Positions 60,799 through 64,000 of a stretch of DNA of 64,000 nt are shown in pieces (position 1 is the first letter of the stretch; the number at the start of each line of letters is the position of its first letter). A model generated the notes under the pieces. It searched no databases. It saw only the letters and a list, made by a program, of their open reading frames with translations, and had not been told where the DNA came from. The stretch lies in NCBI GenBank assembly GCA_965222075.1, contig OZ244937.1, positions 672,001 through 736,000 on the forward strand, given 5' to 3'. Source of the DNA: Candidatus Latescibacterota bacterium. Lineage in GTDB: Bacteria > Latescibacterota > UBA2968 > GCA-2709665. A program made the position numbers and the translations under genes.

Positions 60799-62868
60799 AT
60801 GCCCGTAGATCTTTTGCTGATTCCCGCACTTCCTCTGCTTGCCTACGCCATCCAGGCTTTCCTGGGGCGGCGCCTGCCGCGCGGGGGAGACTGGGTGCCG
60901 CTTGCCGCCATCGCCATCGCCTTTTTGCTTTCTTTCCGGCTTTTCATCCAGGCATTTTCCGCTTACGACCCCAATTTCAGAATTGCGCTTGAACGCTGGA
61001 CCTGGCTGGACCTGGGGTCGGCCAGGATCGCGGTCGGTCTGTTGATCGACAATATGACCGTGATCATGCTGATGGTGGTGACCGTGGTCAGCGGGCTGGT
61101 GCACCTCTACTCGGTCGGGTATATGCACAACGATCCCCGGTATGCCCGGTTTTTCGGATTTCTGGCTCTCTTCTCCTTTTCCATGCTCGGCCTGGTGATG
61201 GTGGACAACTTCCTGCTGCTCTACGTATTCTGGGAGCTGGTCGGGTTGAGTTCTTATCTGCTCATCGGGTTTTGGTACGAAAAACCCTCTGCTGCATCCG
61301 CCTGTAAAAAGGCCTTTCTGGTCAACCGGGTGGGCGACCTGGGCTTTTTTATCGGGATTATGATTGTTTTTTCGCAGCTGGGAGTGTTCGATTACGACGG
61401 CGTCTATGCGGGGGTTGCCCAGGGGAAGCTGAGCGGCTGGCTGCTAACGGCCGCCGGGCTTTGCCTCTTCTGCGGGGCGATCGGGAAGTCGGCGCAGTTC
61501 CCCCTGCACGTGTGGTTGCCCGACGCGATGGAGGGCCCCACGCCGGTAAGCGCGCTGATCCACGCGGCCACGATGGTGGCGGCCGGGGTTTATATGGTGA
61601 CCCGGATGTTCCCGATTCTGACGCCGGACGCGCTGGTGGTGATCGCCTATATCGGCGCAATTACGGCGATTTTGGGGGCCACGATCGCCGTGGCGCAGTA
61701 CGATATCAAGCGGGTGCTGGCCTACTCGACGATCAGCCAGCTGGGATATATGATTATGGGCCTGGGGGTGGGCGCCTACGTGGCAGGCTTTTTCCATTTG
61801 ATGACGCACGCGGCTTTCAAGGCCTGTTTGTTCCTGGGATCGGGGAGCGTGATTCACGCGGTGCAGCACGTGTTTCACCACACCCATTCCAAAGAGGACC
61901 CCCAGGATATGCGGAATATGGGGGGGCTGAAGACAAAGATGCCCCTGACCTTCTGGACGTTCCTGATCGCCACGGTGGCCTTGGCGGGCGTGCCGTTTAC
62001 GTCGGGGTTTTTAAGCAAAGACGCCATTCTGGCCGGAGCGCTGGGCTTTGGCGGGTTTGCGCATCCGAAGCATTTTCTGCTGCCTCTGTTCGGCTTTGGG
62101 GCGGCGGGGCTGACGGCCTATTATATGTTCCGGCTGATCTTTATGACGTTTTACGGGGAGCCGAAGGAGAGGCAGGTGGCCGAACTGGCCCACGAGTCGC
62201 CCCGGGTGATGACGGTGCCTCTGGTCATCCTGGCGGCCCTGAGCGTCTGGTTCTGGTACAGCCTGAATCCGTTCGGTGAGGGGTGGTTCCACGATCTGGT
62301 GGTGAAACCGGAGAGCGCCGCAGTGCAGGCGGGTACGCACGCAGATGCGCCTCTGATACCGGCCGGCGCAGCGGTGCACGCGGCCGCCGGAGCACATGCG
62401 GATCTGGCCCATTACCCGGCGATGATCCTTTCGATTCTGATTGTAGGCGCCGGTATTTTTCTGGCCTACCGGCGGTATTATAACCGCCGGGCGGAGATGA
62501 TCGCCCATGAAACGACCCAGCTTGAGCAGGACAGACTGTTCCGGACGCTGAACAACAAGTGGTATTTCGACGAGTTCTACGATGCGACGGTGATCCGGGC
62601 GACACTGGCCGTGCGCATGATGCTGAACTGGTTCGACATGTGGATCGTTGACGGGCTGGTGAATGCGTTGGCCGCCATCACCCGGGGGATCTCGTGGCTG
62701 GAAGGGCTGTTCGACACCTGGGTAGTGGACGGGGCCGTCAACGGCCTGGCAGACACCATTATATGGGCGGGAGCCAGGCTGCGGCGGATTCAGACGGGAC
62801 AGCTGCAGACGTACGTGGTTTTCGTCCTGGCCGGCATTCTGGTACTGATGATTCTTCGAATGATTTAA
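60799..62868 (+). CDS. nuoL: NADH-quinone oxidoreductase subunit L
   Basis: GKSAQFPLHVWLPDAMEGPTPVSALIHAATMV, THAAFKA. Confidence 0.97.
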   Translation: MPVDLLLIPALPLLAYAIQAFLGRRLPRGGDWVPLAAIAIAFLLSFRLFIQAFSAYDPNFRIALERWTWLDLGSARIAVGLLIDNMTVIMLMVVTVVSGLVHLYSVGYMHNDPRYARFFGFLALFSFSMLGLVMVDNFLLLYVFWELVGLSSYLLIGFWYEKPSAASACKKAFLVNRVGDLGFFIGIMIVFSQLGVFDYDGVYAGVAQGKLSGWLLTAAGLCLFCGAIGKSAQFPLHVWLPDAMEGPTPVSALIHAATMVAAGVYMVTRMFPILTPDALVVIAYIGAITAILGATIAVAQYDIKRVLAYSTISQLGYMIMGLGVGAYVAGFFHLMTHAAFKACLFLGSGSVIHAVQHVFHHTHSKEDPQDMRNMGGLKTKMPLTFWTFLIATVALAGVPFTSGFLSKDAILAGALGFGGFAHPKHFLLPLFGFGAAGLTAYYMFRLIFMTFYGEPKERQVAELAHESPRVMTVPLVILAALSVWFWYSLNPFGEGWFHDLVVKPESAAVQAGTHADAPLIPAGAAVHAAAGAHADLAHYPAMILSILIVGAGIFLAYRRYYNRRAEMIAHETTQLEQDRLFRTLNNKWYFDEFYDATVIRATLAVRMMLNWFDMWIVDGLVNALAAITRGISWLEGLFDTWVVDGAVNGLADTIIWAGARLRRIQTGQLQTYVVFVLAGILVLMILRMI

Positions 62869-62885
62869 AGGGAGGAAGCCGACGG

Positions 62886-64000
62886 ATGGAACAGTGGATT
62901 TTAACGCTCTTGACATTTATTCCCCTGCTGGGCGCGGTGGTGATTTTGCTGCTTCCCGGCAAGGCCATCAACCCGATTCGCTGGGTCGCGCTTGGGACCA
63001 CGGGAATCTGTGTGGTGCTGGCGGTCTGGCTTTACGGGGCGTTCGATCGGTCGGTTCCGGGGATGCAGTTTACGGTGAAACTGCCCTGGATCGCGTCTTT
63101 CAACATCGAGTACTTTATGGGGATCGATGGGCTGAGCGTGTTGATGGTGCTGCTGACGGCGCTGCTGGGTTTTCTGTGCATTCCGGCTTCCTGGGGGATT
63201 AACCGGGGGGTGAAGAGCTACTTCGCGCTGTTCCTGCTGTTGGAGACGGGGATGCAGGGGGTGTTCGTATCGCTGGACTTTTTTTTGTTTTACGTCTTCT
63301 GGGAGATTATGCTCCTGCCGATGTATTTCCTGATCGGAATCTGGGGCGGCTCCCGGAAGGAGTATGCGGCGATCAAGTTCTTCCTCTACACACTGGCCGG
63401 GAGCGTGCTGCTTTTGCTGGCGATGCTGGCGTTCTATTTCAACACGACCGATCCGGCCACCGGCCAGCATACGTTCAATATGCTTGTGATGATGGACCAG
63501 GCGAACCACTCGGAGTGGCTCCGCCTGGGCACCGTGTTCGGATACTCCGTGCCGGTGGCGGTCTGGATGACCATGTTTATCGCGTTTGCGATCAAGGTGC
63601 CCCTGTTCCCGTTTCACACCTGGCTGCCCGATGCGCACGTGGAAGCGCCCACGCCCATCAGCGTGATTTTAGCGGGTGTGCTGCTGAAGATGGGGACTTA
63701 CGGCATGCTGCGGTTTAACTACCCGATGCTGCCGGATGCGACGAAGTACTTCAGTACGTTTCTGGCGGTGATCGGCGTGATTAACATTATCTACGGGGCG
63801 CTGTGCGCGATGGCGCAGACCGATCTGAAGAAGCTGGTGGCCTATTCCAGCATCAGTCACATGGGCTTTGTGATGCTGGGGATGTCGGCATTTACAGTAC
63901 ACGGGATCAACGGGGCGGTGTTCCAGATGTTTAACCACGGGACGATTACGGCGATGCTCTTTTTGCTGGTGGGCGTGATTTACGACCGGGCGCACCACCG
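62886..64000 (+). CDS. nuoM: NADH-quinone oxidoreductase subunit M (runs off window)
   Basis: Hand translation MEQWILTLLTFIP...GIDGLS...FWEIML...FPFHTWLPDAHVEAP...YSSISHMG; no stop before the window end. Confidence 0.93.
   Translation, partial: MEQWILTLLTFIPLLGAVVILLLPGKAINPIRWVALGTTGICVVLAVWLYGAFDRSVPGMQFTVKLPWIASFNIEYFMGIDGLSVLMVLLTALLGFLCIPASWGINRGVKSYFALFLLLETGMQGVFVSLDFFLFYVFWEIMLLPMYFLIGIWGGSRKEYAAIKFFLYTLAGSVLLLLAMLAFYFNTTDPATGQHTFNMLVMMDQANHSEWLRLGTVFGYSVPVAVWMTMFIAFAIKVPLFPFHTWLPDAHVEAPTPISVILAGVLLKMGTYGMLRFNYPMLPDATKYFSTFLAVIGVINIIYGALCAMAQTDLKKLVAYSSISHMGFVMLGMSAFTVHGINGAVFQMFNHGTITAMLFLLVGVIYDRAHH

Overview
High-GC bacterial chromosome segment. The gene content (porX-tsaE, long IspG, complex I without nuoEFG) suggests an FCB-group lineage such as Latescibacterota; this is inference only. 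Layout: (i) 1-21.4 kb housekeeping genes: tRNA-Ile2, frameshifted dnaG, ispG, mutS2, cvpA, rpsU, a histidine kinase-porX-tsaE-beta-barrel operon, NFACT/RqcH, an atypical ClpX-like ATPase, murQ, UPF0182 and a KamA-family radical SAM enzyme. (ii) ~21.5-39.9 kb accessory/defence island: an XRE-HTH fused to a catalytically dead Clp AAA module, nucleoside 2-deoxyribosyltransferase, DUF362, integrase and other gene remnants, MazEF with a silenced toxin start, a HARE-HTH/GIY-YIG nuclease, a low-GC two-gene HNH-TPR-PIN candidate defence system, a UPF0175/DUF3368 TA pair flanked by a duplicated MTase 3' end, and a type IIG (Eco57I-like) RM gene. (iii) 40-55 kb: aspC, SDR, phosphohexomutase and ytfI/ytfJ-like-ATP-grasp, converging on a SUF operon whose last gene is a UGA-recoded CUAEP-tail radical SAM selenoprotein with a SECIS-like hairpin. 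(iv) 55-64 kb: nuoABCD-HIJKLM. Five isolated single-base indels, one in essential dnaG, suggest sequencing error. All family calls come from motif recognition by eye, not database searches.
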